Positions 16,138 through 26,134 of a stretch of 30,997 nucleotides of DNA are shown here, piece after piece; position 1 is the first letter of the stretch; every line of letters begins with the position of its first letter. The translations under genes and the position numbers were made by a program. The notes below the pieces were generated by a model. It did no database searches. It was given only the letters and a program-made list of their open reading frames with translations, and was not told where the DNA came from. The DNA comes from Candidatus Xenobia bacterium (lineage in GTDB: Bacteria > Vulcanimicrobiota > Xenobia > RGZZ01 > DASYBA01). The DNA is taken from NCBI GenBank assembly GCA_036501005.1, contig DASYBA010000456.1:1-30997 (forward strand), written 5' to 3'.

Positions 16138-16992
16138 TTATGGTAACAGAAGCGTTGAGGGCCTGTCAATGTCCGCGAGCCCCCGGTCGAAGGCTCCGGA
16201 CGTGAACTCCGGCAGGAGCTTGCCGAGCCGCTCGGAGCGCATCGAAAGATCCCGCTGGCGGGGCTCGTCAAAGGGCACGTCCCGGCGGGAAATGGGTTGG
16301 ACCCGGTCCTCGGGGACGCCCACGATGCGCGCCAGTCTGCGGGCCATGTCGAACCGCGACAAGCGCTCCGGCCCGGCCAGATGTACGATGCCGGTCGCTT
16401 GCGCCTCCAACAATCCGCACAGGGCCCAGGCCGCATCCGAATAATCCAGCGGCGACCGCCACTCGTCGGCAAAGGCCTCTATCGAGCCTCCGGCCGACAA
16501 GGTCTCCATGGTCGTATCGAAAAAGCTGCGGCGACGGGACCTGGACCACCCGCACATCAGCGCCATGCGCGCCACCAGGGCGGCAGGGTTCGCCGCCAGC
16601 ACCGCGGCTTCCGAGGCCACCTTGCTGCGGCCGTACGTGGTCACGGGACTGGGGGCGGAAGATTCGACGTAGGGCGCCCCCTCGCCGTCAAAGACCATGT
16701 CGGTGGACAGGTGCACGAACCGCGGGCAGTAAGTGGCCAGGCGGGCCGCCGCGTCGACGTTGACCGCCCAGGCCGCCGGCGGATTTCGATAGCAGTCGGA
16801 GACGGTCGACATGGCGGCGGTGTGGATGACGGCATCGGGCCGGAACGCATCCAGCCGTCGTTGCACCGCTTCGGGGTCGAGGAGATCCAGCTCCGAACGT
16901 CCCCAGCCCTGGACCGTCCACCCCCGGCGCCCAGCCGCCTCCACCACGTAAGGACCTAGCTTGCCGGCCGCCCCGGTCACCACCACACGCAC
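16138..16992 (-). CDS. NAD(P)-dependent sugar-nucleotide reductase, dTDP-4-dehydrorhamnose reductase (RmlD)-like
   Basis: GTG start. MRVVVTGAAGKLG Rossmann motif. Y..K catalytic pair (TYGRSK). Family call by motif. Confidence 0.75.
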   Translation of the reverse strand: MRVVVTGAAGKLGPYVVEAAGRRGWTVQGWGRSELDLLDPEAVQRRLDAFRPDAVIHTAAMSTVSDCYRNPPAAWAVNVDAAARLATYCPRFVHLSTDMVFDGEGAPYVESSAPSPVTTYGRSKVASEAAVLAANPAALVARMALMCGWSRSRRRSFFDTTMETLSAGGSIEAFADEWRSPLDYSDAAWALCGLLEAQATGIVHLAGPERLSRFDMARRLARIVGVPEDRVQPISRRDVPFDEPRQRDLSMRSERLGKLLPEFTSGAFDRGLADIDRPSTLLLP

Positions 16993-17045
16993 GGGGCAGG
17001 CTTCCCGATGCCCTCTTGCGTTCCTCCGCTTCGCCTGCTATGATG

Positions 17046-17061
17046 TTGACTGACGAGTCAA
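17046..17061. promoter_or_regulatory. Palindrome TTGACTgacgAGTCAA ending 4 nt before the tetR start. Candidate TetR operator, possibly overlapping a -35-like hexamer
   Basis: Perfect 6-bp inverted arms seen directly. Located in the 72-bp divergent region between the rmlD-like gene and tetR. Confidence 0.35.
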
Positions 17062-17064
17062 TCA

Positions 17065-17664
17065 ATGAAGAAACAAGACGCCGCTGCACGCAGCAGGAAC
17101 CTCATCCTCGACGCCGCTCTCCAGGTCTTTGCCGACAAGGGGTTTCACCAGGCGACCAACCAGGACATCGCCAGGGCCGCGGGCATCGGCTCCGCGGGCC
17201 TGATCTACCACTATTTCCAGGACAAGAAGGACCTGCTGGTCAAGGTGGTCGAGCGGGCCAGCCCTCTGTTGCGCCTGCTGGCGATGCCCGGAGACTTCGT
17301 CGATCTGCCGCTGCGCGAAGGCCTCGTGCGGTGGGCACAAGCCTTTCTGGGCATGGCCGAAAGCCCGGCCCAGGTGGCGGTGGCCCGAGTGTTGATCGGA
17401 GAGGCATTGCGCGACCCGGACACCGCGGCCCGTTTCTTCGCCGTTGGACCGGGACGCGGTCTGGGCTTTCTCGGCTCATTTCTCCACCACCACATGGAGG
17501 CTGGCCGTCTCCGTCCCCAGACCCCCGATCTGCTGGCCCGCCAGTTCATGGGGCCACTGGTCCTCGCACTCTTGTTGCGAGTCATCTTTCGCCGACCCGA
17601 AGCCATGCCCGAGGGCCTGGCGGAGCGCACGGTCGATACTTTCCTGGAAGGCGCCGCCGTATGA
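17065..17664 (+). CDS. TetR/AcrR family transcriptional regulator
   Basis: N-terminal HTH ILDAALQVFADKGFHQATNQDIARAAGIGSAGLIYHYF. Stop overlaps the next start (ATGA). Confidence 0.9.
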   Translation: MKKQDAAARSRNLILDAALQVFADKGFHQATNQDIARAAGIGSAGLIYHYFQDKKDLLVKVVERASPLLRLLAMPGDFVDLPLREGLVRWAQAFLGMAESPAQVAVARVLIGEALRDPDTAARFFAVGPGRGLGFLGSFLHHHMEAGRLRPQTPDLLARQFMGPLVLALLLRVIFRRPEAMPEGLAERTVDTFLEGAAV

Positions 17665-18950
17665 AACGCTTGCTCCTCCCCCTGCTGGCGCTGCTGGTCT
17701 TCGGCGGCGGCGGCCTGCTGGTCGATCTCCATCGGCAACGAGAGCGGAGCGTCATGAGCGGGTTCTTTGAGAGCCAGCCGACGGTGGTGGCGTCTCGCAG
17801 CGGGGGAAGGGTGCAACGCATTCTGACACCGGAAGGCGCCAAAGTGTCGGCGGGACAGCGCCTCATGGAGCTTGAGGCCGCCCCCGGGCAGGCCGACACT
17901 GCGGCCCTCGAAGCCGCCGCCCGGCAGGCCGAAGCGCACTTTCAGGCCGTCCACGCCGGCCCTCGCCCGGAAGATATCCGTCGACAGGAGGCCGTCGTCG
18001 CCGAGCTGCGCTCCCAGTTGGACAAGACAGTGAACGGCGCCCAGCCCGAAGAAATTGCGTCGGCCCAGGCCCGCTACGACCAGGCCCAGGCGCGCTATGC
18101 GGAGGCCCTGCACGGGCCCACCTGGGAGGACCGGGGCCAGGTGCGGCAGCAGATGGCCGCCGCGCAGGCCCGCCGGGACTTCGCCAAGAAGGAGATGGGG
18201 CGGCAGCAGTCATTGTACGCCCAGGATGCCACCAGCCGGCACGCCGTCGACCAGGCCGTGAGCGACTACGACGCCGCCGAGGCCACCCTGCGTTCCGCCG
18301 AGGACGCCTTCTATCAGGCCCGCCGCGGCACCCGAACGGAGGACATCGCCCAGGCCCGCGCCGACAAAGAGGCCGCTCGCCAGCAGTGGCTGCTGCTCAA
18401 GGGCGGCAGCCGCCCGGAGGACGTCGCGGCGGCCCGGGCGCGGCTGGCGCAGGCCCAGGCGCAACTCGACGAGCTGCGGCGAGGGAACCGTCCCGAGGAC
18501 GTCGCCGAGGCTCGCGCCCAGGCGGCGCGGGCTCAAGCGGAGGCTCGGAGTGCGGTCGCCAAGACCGCCGAAAGACAGGTCACGGCGCCCTTGGCGGCGG
18601 TGGTGGAGCGCAACCTGGTGGCGGTCGGCGACCTCGTCACCATCGGACAACCGCTGGCGAGGCTGGCTGACCCGACGGACATCTGGCTGCGGGTGTACCT
18701 GCCGGAGGCCGACCTGGCCAAGGTGAAGGTCGGCGATGCGGCCCAGCTTCAGGTAGACGGCATCGACCCACGGGTGCCGGCCGTCGTCGACGTCATCGCC
18801 ACCCAGGGCGAGTTCACCCCGGCCAACGTGCAGACGCCCGGCGATCGCGGGCAGCAAGTGTACGCGGTGCGCCTGCGGCTGGCCAATCCCGATGCTCGCA
18901 TCAAGGCGGGCATGGAGGCGACTGTCAAGTCCATGGGGCAGTGGCGTTGA
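17661..18950 (+). CDS. HlyD-family membrane fusion / periplasmic adaptor protein
   Basis: N-terminal TM MKRLLLPLLALLVFGGG. Long coiled coil with five (G)xRPEDI/V..A.A repeats. C-terminal beta-barrel region. Genetic context with ABC and ABC-2. Confidence 0.85.
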   Translation: MKRLLLPLLALLVFGGGGLLVDLHRQRERSVMSGFFESQPTVVASRSGGRVQRILTPEGAKVSAGQRLMELEAAPGQADTAALEAAARQAEAHFQAVHAGPRPEDIRRQEAVVAELRSQLDKTVNGAQPEEIASAQARYDQAQARYAEALHGPTWEDRGQVRQQMAAAQARRDFAKKEMGRQQSLYAQDATSRHAVDQAVSDYDAAEATLRSAEDAFYQARRGTRTEDIAQARADKEAARQQWLLLKGGSRPEDVAAARARLAQAQAQLDELRRGNRPEDVAEARAQAARAQAEARSAVAKTAERQVTAPLAAVVERNLVAVGDLVTIGQPLARLADPTDIWLRVYLPEADLAKVKVGDAAQLQVDGIDPRVPAVVDVIATQGEFTPANVQTPGDRGQQVYAVRLRLANPDARIKAGMEATVKSMGQWR

Positions 18951-19888
18951 ACGCCATCGATGCGCACGACCTGACCCGCCGATTTGGCCCCGTCACGGCG
19001 GTCGACAAGGTGACGTTCCAGGTGGAGGCCGGCCAGATCTTCGGCTTCCTGGGCCCGAACGGCAGCGGCAAAAGCACTTGCATTCGAATGCTGTGCGGGG
19101 TGCTGGAACCCAGCGACGGGCACGCCACGGTGGTCGGATACGACGTCGTTCGACAAGCCGAGCAGGTCAAGCGTTCGATAGGCTACATGAGCCAGGGCTT
19201 CAGCCTGTATCGGGATCTGTCGGTGCGGGAGAACCTGGACTTCTTCGCCGGCATCTACGGTATCAAGGGGGGACGTCTACGGGAGCGGCGCGATCACGTC
19301 GTCGACGTGGTTGGCATTGGGCCTTATCTGGACCGACCGGCCGGTCAACTGTCGGGAGGCTGGAGACAACGGTTGGCCCTGGCGGCGGCGCTCATCCACG
19401 ATCCGCCGCTGGTGTTTCTCGACGAACCCACCGCCGGTATCGATCCGGTCGCCCGTCGAGATCTGTGGGACCTGCTCTTCACCCTGGCCGGCCAGGGCAA
19501 GACGCTCTTCGTGACCACCCACTACATGGACGAAGCCGAACGCTGCAACCTCATCGGCTACATCTACTTGTCGAAGCTCATGGTGCTGGGCACCCCGCAC
19601 GAGCTGAAGGCCCGTTCCGACGTGCGGCCGGCGGGGACGAGACGGGTGGCCGTGGCGGCGGAGCCTCCCTCGGTGGCCCTGGCCGCGCTGAAGCGCGCCC
19701 CCGGCGTCGAAGATGCCACCCTGGTCGAAGCCGAGATCCACCTGCTGCTGGATGAGCGGATCGGGGACGACCAGATCATGGGCTGGGTCGGCGAGGCCGG
19801 TCTGACATGCCACGGGGTTCGGCCTATCGAACCGTCGCTGGAAGACGTCTTCGTCACGCTCACCCGCCGCATGGCAAGAGCCGCATGA
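18941..19888 (+). CDS. ABC transporter ATP-binding protein
   Basis: Walker A GPNGSGKST, signature LSGGWRQRLALA, Walker B LVFLDEPTAGID. GTG start overlapping the hlyD end. Confidence 0.9.
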   Translation: MALNAIDAHDLTRRFGPVTAVDKVTFQVEAGQIFGFLGPNGSGKSTCIRMLCGVLEPSDGHATVVGYDVVRQAEQVKRSIGYMSQGFSLYRDLSVRENLDFFAGIYGIKGGRLRERRDHVVDVVGIGPYLDRPAGQLSGGWRQRLALAAALIHDPPLVFLDEPTAGIDPVARRDLWDLLFTLAGQGKTLFVTTHYMDEAERCNLIGYIYLSKLMVLGTPHELKARSDVRPAGTRRVAVAAEPPSVALAALKRAPGVEDATLVEAEIHLLLDERIGDDQIMGWVGEAGLTCHGVRPIEPSLEDVFVTLTRRMARAA

Positions 19889-20967
19889 ACCTGTGGCTGG
19901 ATGGCTTCCGGGCGGTCGCCTGGAAGGAGGTCATGCACATTCGCCGAGACCGGGCCAGCCTGGTCTTTGCCCTGCTCATTCCCATGGTGCAGATCGTCCT
20001 GTTCGGCTTTGCCATCGACTTCGACGTTCGCTACGTGTCCACCGTGGTGGTGGACCTGGACCAGTCGAGAGAAAGCCGGGACTTCCTGGCCGGGCTGAAG
20101 AATACCCAATACATGCTGGTCACCAGCCGGGTCGCGACGCCCCAGCAGGCGGAGGCGCAGATCCGCACGGGAGAGGCGCGGGTGGCGGTCATCGTGCCGC
20201 CGGACTTCGCTCGGCGCAGCGGGGCCGGCGACCATCCGCAGGTGCAGGTGTTGATCGACGGATCCGATAGCCAGGTGGCCAACCGGGTCATCGCGGCCTT
20301 GCATCCGGTGTCGCTGCCGGAGGGGGCGGTCGAACCGAGACTGCAGCTCCTGTACAATCCGGATGGAAGAACCGCCACGTTTACGATCCCGGGTCTCATC
20401 GGGGTCATCTTGCAGCTCGTGACCGTGTCGCTGACCAGTCTCAGCCTGGTCCGGGAGAAGGAGCAGGGCACGCTGGAGCAGGTCATGGTGAGTCCCATCA
20501 GCCGGTCGGGGCTGATGTTGGGAAAGATCGTTCCCTACTTCGCCCTGGGACTCATGGAGATGGTGACGGTGCTGATCATCGGCTGGCTGGTGTTCGACGT
20601 GCACGTGGCGGGTAGCCTGGTCGGGCTGATGCTGATGACGGTGCCGTTTCTGTTGTCGACCCTGGGCCTGGGACTGGTCATCAGCACGTTATCGCAGACG
20701 CAGGCGCAGGCCGTACAGTTGACCATCCTGACGCTCCTGCCGTCAGTGTTGCTGTCGGGGTTCGTCTTTCCTCGAGACAGCATGCCGGGACCGCTGTACG
20801 TGTTGAGCTGCATCATTCCCGTCACGCACTATGTCGAAATTCTACGGGGGGTGATGATCCGCTCGGCGGGCATAGTGGATCTGTGGGATCGGGTGCTGGC
20901 GCTCTGCGTGATCGCCGGTGTGCTGGTGACGGTGGCTGCCACCCGATTCCGCAAGAGCGTCAGCTAG
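19885..20967 (+). CDS. ABC-2 type transporter permease
   Basis: ATG overlapping the previous stop (ATGA). Six hydrophobic segments. Typical ABC-2 organisation. Confidence 0.85.
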   Translation: MNLWLDGFRAVAWKEVMHIRRDRASLVFALLIPMVQIVLFGFAIDFDVRYVSTVVVDLDQSRESRDFLAGLKNTQYMLVTSRVATPQQAEAQIRTGEARVAVIVPPDFARRSGAGDHPQVQVLIDGSDSQVANRVIAALHPVSLPEGAVEPRLQLLYNPDGRTATFTIPGLIGVILQLVTVSLTSLSLVREKEQGTLEQVMVSPISRSGLMLGKIVPYFALGLMEMVTVLIIGWLVFDVHVAGSLVGLMLMTVPFLLSTLGLGLVISTLSQTQAQAVQLTILTLLPSVLLSGFVFPRDSMPGPLYVLSCIIPVTHYVEILRGVMIRSAGIVDLWDRVLALCVIAGVLVTVAATRFRKSVS

Positions 20968-20972
20968 GCGCC

Positions 20973-21827
20973 CTACTGAGCGCGACGTCGTCGCTCGCCC
21001 AGCACGGCGAAGACCGCCAGCAACAAGGCCGTGGGGGCGCGTAGGGACCCGTCGTCCACTTCGGGGGCCCCGGTGGCTGAAGAAACGAGGGCAACGGAAA
21101 GATGCGGATCCATCACTGCCAGGGCGTTAGTGTCAAAAGTGGCAAACACGTGCGCTTCTTCGGCAAACTTCAAGGTCTCGATGGGACCGCTGGCGGTAAA
21201 ATCGAGGGAAAACGTGTCGAAACAGTTGGCCAGTCTGCAGGCTGCGGGACAGCAGGTCTTGGCGCCGCAAATGCACAGGCTGTCCTTACCGTGGGGGCAC
21301 AACCGCCACGTCCGGCAACTGTGGGTGCTGCCTCCGATGCAGATATCCACGTTGCCGCAAGCGTTGCCACAAACACAGGAAGAGGGTGGGACGGAAAAAC
21401 ATGGGGCACCGCAGGTCGAAAACGTCAACCGGTAGTTGCAACCTGTCGTCAGGCCGCTCAAGCAACCCTTGACGTGGATGCCGGCGAAGATGTTGACGCC
21501 CGAGCCGTTGCACGCAAATGCGGTAAACACGATGCTGGGACAAGGAGCCGCATGGGTCTGGACACAGGCAAAGGATCCCAGATCTGCAGACCCGCAGAGC
21601 CCACGATACACCTGGGTCGACGGGCGGCACGTCCGGCCAAAAGAGGGGCACGCCGTCCAGCCGCAAAATGTAGCGGCAGCATTGCAGCCCTTGTGGGTGC
21701 GGAAATCTCCGTTTCCTCCCGCCACGGTGGGCGCCGCATTCGCTTCTACCCCCGGCCTGGCAAGACACACCAGTACCGTGGCCAAAGCCACCAGCACGTG
21801 CGGCCACCGAAAGCCCTTTTGCTGCAT
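20973..21827 (-). CDS. Cysteine-rich secreted protein, paralog of 15077..16111, with the same PEVD-CTERM-like sorting signal
   Basis: ATG 21827 with GAGGAGGG 6 nt upstream. Signal peptide MQQKGFRWPHVLVALATVLVCLARPGVEANA. About 35 Cys. C-terminus SATGAPEVDDGSLRAPTALLLAVFAVLGERRRRAQ. Confidence 0.6.
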   Translation of the reverse strand: MQQKGFRWPHVLVALATVLVCLARPGVEANAAPTVAGGNGDFRTHKGCNAAATFCGWTACPSFGRTCRPSTQVYRGLCGSADLGSFACVQTHAAPCPSIVFTAFACNGSGVNIFAGIHVKGCLSGLTTGCNYRLTFSTCGAPCFSVPPSSCVCGNACGNVDICIGGSTHSCRTWRLCPHGKDSLCICGAKTCCPAACRLANCFDTFSLDFTASGPIETLKFAEEAHVFATFDTNALAVMDPHLSVALVSSATGAPEVDDGSLRAPTALLLAVFAVLGERRRRAQ

Positions 21828-21917
21828 CAATATCCCTCCTCGCCAGGCACGACAAGGAATTTCAATCCAAGGCACCGGATTCCTGTTCCCCACACGCTCG
21901 GCAGGCCCAGACCATGG

Positions 21918-22967
21918 CTAGACAGAGCGCCAGCGCAGCACCATCAAGGTGATGTCGTCGGGAAAGGTGGTCGCGGCCGTGCCGACGTGCTCTCGCAGGC
22001 GGCCCAGCAGATCGATGCTGCTGCCCTCTCCCGCCCCAACCAGGAGTTCGTCGACGCTCATGCGGCCGAGTCGGGAGCCGTCAGCCCGTATCGCATCGAC
22101 CAGGCCGTCGGTGTAGCCAAAGACTCGGTCGCCGCTGTGCAGTTGGCGCCGCTCCTGGGTATACTTGGCCTCCGACAGGACCCCGAGCATGACGCCGGTG
22201 GCCCCCAGCTCCTCGAACGCGCCGTCGTCCAACAGCAACACGGGCTCGTGGCCAGCGCTGGCATAGGTGAGGCTACCGTCCGATAGGTTCAGGACCATGT
22301 AGAACAGCGTGACGAACTTCTCACCCTCCAGGTGGCCAGCCAATCGCTCGTTCAGATAAGCCAGGACCTGGGCGGGATCCGACGTGCGCCCGGGCGCGTC
22401 GGCCAGCAGTCCAATCAATACGGAGGCGGCCAGGGCGGCCGGCGCCCCCTTGCCCGACACGTCGGCCAGGGCCACCATGAGCAGGTCGCCTTCCAGCGTC
22501 GCCTTGATGGCGTCTCCACCGAGCGACCCGGCAGGTTGGAACCAGGTGGCCAGATCTAGACTGGGGTGCCGGGGAACGCCCCGATAGAGCACCTCCTGGA
22601 GGGCCCGGGCCTGATCCAGCTCTCTCGCCATGACGTCGCGCATGGCGGTGATGACGCGCTGCTGATGGGCGAGCCGTGCCGAAACCACGGTGGTCGCGAC
22701 GACCATGACCCCGATGAGGAACTCGTTGGCCGCGACCGGCTGCCAATCAGTCACCTGGCTCTGGTAGGACAAGTCCGAGTGAAGCTGACAGAAGAAAGCC
22801 ACCACCGCCATGACGGCCGCCCAGCGCCAACCCCAGGTCCACCCCGTGAGGGCGACGGGGAAAAGATAGAGGATGCCCGCGACGATGCTCGGGTGGGTGG
22901 ACTCGTCCAGCAGCAGGACCGCCACAAACCACCCGATGACCAATACGGCCTGAACCCGTCTGCTCAT
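21918..22967 (-). CDS. Membrane-anchored PP2C-family (SpoIIE/RsbU-like) serine phosphatase
   Basis: Four N-terminal TM helices, then GGDAIKA...VADVSGKGAPAALAASVL...YTDGL PP2C motifs. Start ATG 22967 (AAGAGG 8 nt upstream) preferred over the ORF-track 23063. Confidence 0.75.
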   Translation of the reverse strand: MSRRVQAVLVIGWFVAVLLLDESTHPSIVAGILYLFPVALTGWTWGWRWAAVMAVVAFFCQLHSDLSYQSQVTDWQPVAANEFLIGVMVVATTVVSARLAHQQRVITAMRDVMARELDQARALQEVLYRGVPRHPSLDLATWFQPAGSLGGDAIKATLEGDLLMVALADVSGKGAPAALAASVLIGLLADAPGRTSDPAQVLAYLNERLAGHLEGEKFVTLFYMVLNLSDGSLTYASAGHEPVLLLDDGAFEELGATGVMLGVLSEAKYTQERRQLHSGDRVFGYTDGLVDAIRADGSRLGRMSVDELLVGAGEGSSIDLLGRLREHVGTAATTFPDDITLMVLRWRSV

Positions 22968-23089
22968 CCGACCAGCCTCTTCGCAGACGGGATTTACGCT
23001 TCCTTTACAATCGAGCGGCCGGCGAGCCACCCCTAGACGGGAGTCACCGTGCCCGGTGCCCAATCATGGCCGTCCAGGAGGTGGGATTC

Positions 23090-23899
23090 ATGAAGGATCG
23101 TCTGCGGGTCAAGCCCGGCACCAAGGTCAAGCTCAAGGACTGGAACCCCGATGACGACGGCGGCATCGGGAAGGACTCTCCCGAGGCAGAAGCCGCTCTG
23201 CGCAAGGATCTGCACCGACTTTCCGACCTCCAGGAGCGGCTCTACGCCGAGTGCCGGCAGTCCCTGCTGGTCGTCCTCCAAGGCATGGACACCGCCGGCA
23301 AGGATGGCACCATCAGCCACGTCATGCGGGGCATGAACCCCAGCAGCGTCCAGATCGTGCCCTTCAAGCAGCCCACCAGCGACGACGTCGCCCACGACTT
23401 TCTCTGGCGCATCCACAAACAGACCCCCGCCAAGGGCCGCATCGCCGTCTTCAACCGCTCACACTACGAAGACGTGCTGGTGGCCCGCGTGCACAAGCTC
23501 GTGCCCGACAAGGTGTGGAGCAAGCGCTACAAGCTGATCAACCATTTCGAGCAGCTCCTGGTCGAGAACGGCACCCGGGTCATCAAGTTCTTCCTCTACA
23601 TTTCGAAAGACGAGCAGAAAGCCCGCCTGCAGTCCCGCATCGACGACAAGGAAAAGCACTGGAAGCTGTCCGAGGCCGACTTCAAGGAACGAGCCTTATG
23701 GGACGACTACATCGACGCTTACGAGCAGGCCATGTCGGAATGCAGTACCGACCACGCCCCGTGGTATGTCGTACCCGCCAATCACAAGTGGTATCGAAAC
23801 CTGGTTGTTGCCCGCATCCTGGCCGATACCCTGGAAGACATGAACCCCGGCTTCCCCCTCCCCACTGTCGACGCCGACCACCTCGCGGTCAAACTGTGA
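23090..23899 (+). CDS. Polyphosphate kinase 2 (PPK2) family nucleotide phosphotransferase
   Basis: Walker-A-like LLVVLQGMDTAGKDGTI plus lid region. AGGAGGTG 6 nt upstream of ATG 23090. Confidence 0.9.
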   Translation: MKDRLRVKPGTKVKLKDWNPDDDGGIGKDSPEAEAALRKDLHRLSDLQERLYAECRQSLLVVLQGMDTAGKDGTISHVMRGMNPSSVQIVPFKQPTSDDVAHDFLWRIHKQTPAKGRIAVFNRSHYEDVLVARVHKLVPDKVWSKRYKLINHFEQLLVENGTRVIKFFLYISKDEQKARLQSRIDDKEKHWKLSEADFKERALWDDYIDAYEQAMSECSTDHAPWYVVPANHKWYRNLVVARILADTLEDMNPGFPLPTVDADHLAVKL

Positions 23900-23914
23900 G
23901 CACGGCTGCTCCCT

Positions 23915-26134
23915 TCACTGCCCTCGTGAGGCGAGCAGCACCTCGTGCACCTTGTTGACCAGCGACTCCGTGGTAAACGGCTTTTGCAGCGTGTGCTCCA
24001 TCTCGCCGGCGCCGGTCGCCTCTGGAACGTAGCCGGACATGAAGAGCACCCGAGTCTCCGGCCGTGTCTTCGCCAGCTTGGCGGCCAATTCGACGCCGTT
24101 CATGGTGGGCATCACGATGTCGGTCAGCACCAGATGGATGCGGCCGGTGTGCTCGCTGCTCACTCGCAACGCCTCGACGCCATTACTGGCAACCAGCATC
24201 TGGTAGCCCTTGGCCCGCAGCACCCTCTCCGCCAGCCGGCGGATGGTCTCATCGTCTTCGACCAGCAACAGAGTCTCCCGACGCGTGGGCAAGAGGGGCG
24301 GATTCTGCTTCACCGCGCGGCGCCGAGCGGAGGCCGGCTGTGCGACCGCCGCGTCGGCCACTTGCGGAAGATAGACCCGGAAGGTTGTGCCTTGCTGGGG
24401 CACGCTCTCCACCTCGATGTGGCCCCCTCCTTGTTTCACGATGCCGTAGACCGTGGACAGCCCCAGACCCGTTCCCTTGCCCACCTCCTTGGTGGTAAAG
24501 AATGGCTCGAAGATGTGCGCCATGATTTGTTTGCTCATGCCGCACCCAGTATCTCGCACCACGATCTGGACGTAGCTCGACCCGCGGGCCCAGGGGAGAG
24601 ACTCGTCGACCGTCAGGCTGCAACATTCGATTTGAAGTTGCCCCCCCTTGGGCATGGCGTCCCGCGCGTTGACCGCCAGGTTCATGACAATCTGCTGAAG
24701 CTGGGTCGGGTCGGCCATGACGGAACCGGTGCCCGGGGCCAGCACCACCACAAGCTCGACGTCCTCGCCGATGATGCGCCTGAGCATGTCGTGCGTCCCG
24801 GCGATGACCTCGGCGACCGAGACCAATTGCACTTGCAGGGTCTTCTGGCGGCTGAAAGCCAGCAATTGCTGGGTGAGGGCTGCAGCCCGGTCGGAGGCCA
24901 TCTGGATCTGGCAGAGGTGATCGTAGGCCTCCGTCTCGGGGTCGAGTGTCCTCAATATCATGTCAGAGTAGCCCTGGATGGCCGTCAGCAGGTTGTTGAA
25001 ATCGTGGGCCACACCGCCAGCCAGACGTCCGATGGCCTCCATCTTTTGAGCCTGCAGGAGCTGTACCTCCAGCCGCTTGCTATCCGATACGTCCTTCAGG
25101 TTGAGCACAATGCCGGTGATTTCCCGGTGCAGCAGCAGATTGATGGCCCGGCCCTGCATGTAGGACCATTCATCGCGCCGGCGGTGCATGCGGAATTCCA
25201 CCGGCATGGCACGGTTGGGGGCTGACTGGACCTCCACGACGACCTGCTGCAGGGTGCTGCGGTCCTCTGGATGCACGAAGTCATAGAAGGAAAGCCCGGG
25301 CACGTAGCGGGTATGCTGTGCGATCAGCCGTCGAACCATGGGGCTGTGGTAGTGAACCATGCCTTGGGTATCGAGAATCAAGATGCAGTCCGACGAATAT
25401 TCAATCAGCACGCGGAAGCGTTCGGCCGAATGGCGCGTCGTCACTTCCAGCCCCCCGGAGCCGGACGCCGATGCGTTCCGCGACGCTGACGGGGCGGCCT
25501 CGAGAGGAGCCGCAGGCCGGGTGGTACCCGAGCTCGCCCACCATAGACCGCACTGGATGAAGCCGAGGCCACCCAGCAAGACTGGCGTCCAGGCCAGGTA
25601 GAACGGACTATGCCACCAGGCGGGCACAGTATCCTTGAGCAGGGCTCCGATCAGCAACAGGGTGGACGGTACTTGCCAAGGCTGGAAGGCCTTGCCGGCG
25701 TACGACTGCCAGCCCACCACAAGCAGTAGACCCAGAGTCACGACGGAAACGGCCGGCGACAAGACGCCGGGGGCCCCAAGCCAACCGACCGGCGACCAGA
25801 AGGCGCGTCGAACGCCCAGATCGGTCAGCAGCATCAGGGGCGGGACCAGCGCGGCCAGCGTGGCCGCCGTGATACGCCCGAGCCGTGACCCGCCATCCAG
25901 GTCCAGGAAAAAGAGGAGCAGGCTGCCCAAGGCGCAACAGGCCTGGAGCCGGAAGGACCCCATGGCGACGGCCGCCGATCGGGTCTGCCAGGAGACCAGC
26001 ACGGCCAGGCACCACACTGCCGTCACCAGCCCCAGTCCTGTCCGGCACCAGTCTCGGGGGCGCCGGGTCAGGCTGGCCGAGGTCGCTGCCGCGCCGCCGA
26101 GGAGCCCGAGCAGATACCACAAGGGTGGATTCAA
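23915..26134 (-). CDS. Hybrid sensor histidine kinase (about 6 TM N-terminal domain, PAS-like, HisKA, HATPase_c, C-terminal receiver)
   Basis: TTG start. H-box GGVAHDFNNLLTAI. HATPase VNLAVNARDAM, DTGCGM, GTGLGL. C-terminal REC LLLVEDDETIRR...LVLTDIVMP. Confidence 0.85.
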   Translation of the reverse strand: MNPPLWYLLGLLGGAAATSASLTRRPRDWCRTGLGLVTAVWCLAVLVSWQTRSAAVAMGSFRLQACCALGSLLLFFLDLDGGSRLGRITAATLAALVPPLMLLTDLGVRRAFWSPVGWLGAPGVLSPAVSVVTLGLLLVVGWQSYAGKAFQPWQVPSTLLLIGALLKDTVPAWWHSPFYLAWTPVLLGGLGFIQCGLWWASSGTTRPAAPLEAAPSASRNASASGSGGLEVTTRHSAERFRVLIEYSSDCILILDTQGMVHYHSPMVRRLIAQHTRYVPGLSFYDFVHPEDRSTLQQVVVEVQSAPNRAMPVEFRMHRRRDEWSYMQGRAINLLLHREITGIVLNLKDVSDSKRLEVQLLQAQKMEAIGRLAGGVAHDFNNLLTAIQGYSDMILRTLDPETEAYDHLCQIQMASDRAAALTQQLLAFSRQKTLQVQLVSVAEVIAGTHDMLRRIIGEDVELVVVLAPGTGSVMADPTQLQQIVMNLAVNARDAMPKGGQLQIECCSLTVDESLPWARGSSYVQIVVRDTGCGMSKQIMAHIFEPFFTTKEVGKGTGLGLSTVYGIVKQGGGHIEVESVPQQGTTFRVYLPQVADAAVAQPASARRRAVKQNPPLLPTRRETLLLVEDDETIRRLAERVLRAKGYQMLVASNGVEALRVSSEHTGRIHLVLTDIVMPTMNGVELAAKLAKTRPETRVLFMSGYVPEATGAGEMEHTLQKPFTTESLVNKVHEVLLASRGQ

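Noticed and set aside
17211-18113. 300-aa minus ORF, and also 19564..20604(-), 21102..22286(+), 23945..25225(+), 26131..26988(-), 28243..29148(+)
   Set aside because: All are antisense to well-supported genes (hlyD, ABC/ABC-2, Cys-rich/PP2C, hybrid kinases, REC-PP2C/RR) and have no domain signatures.
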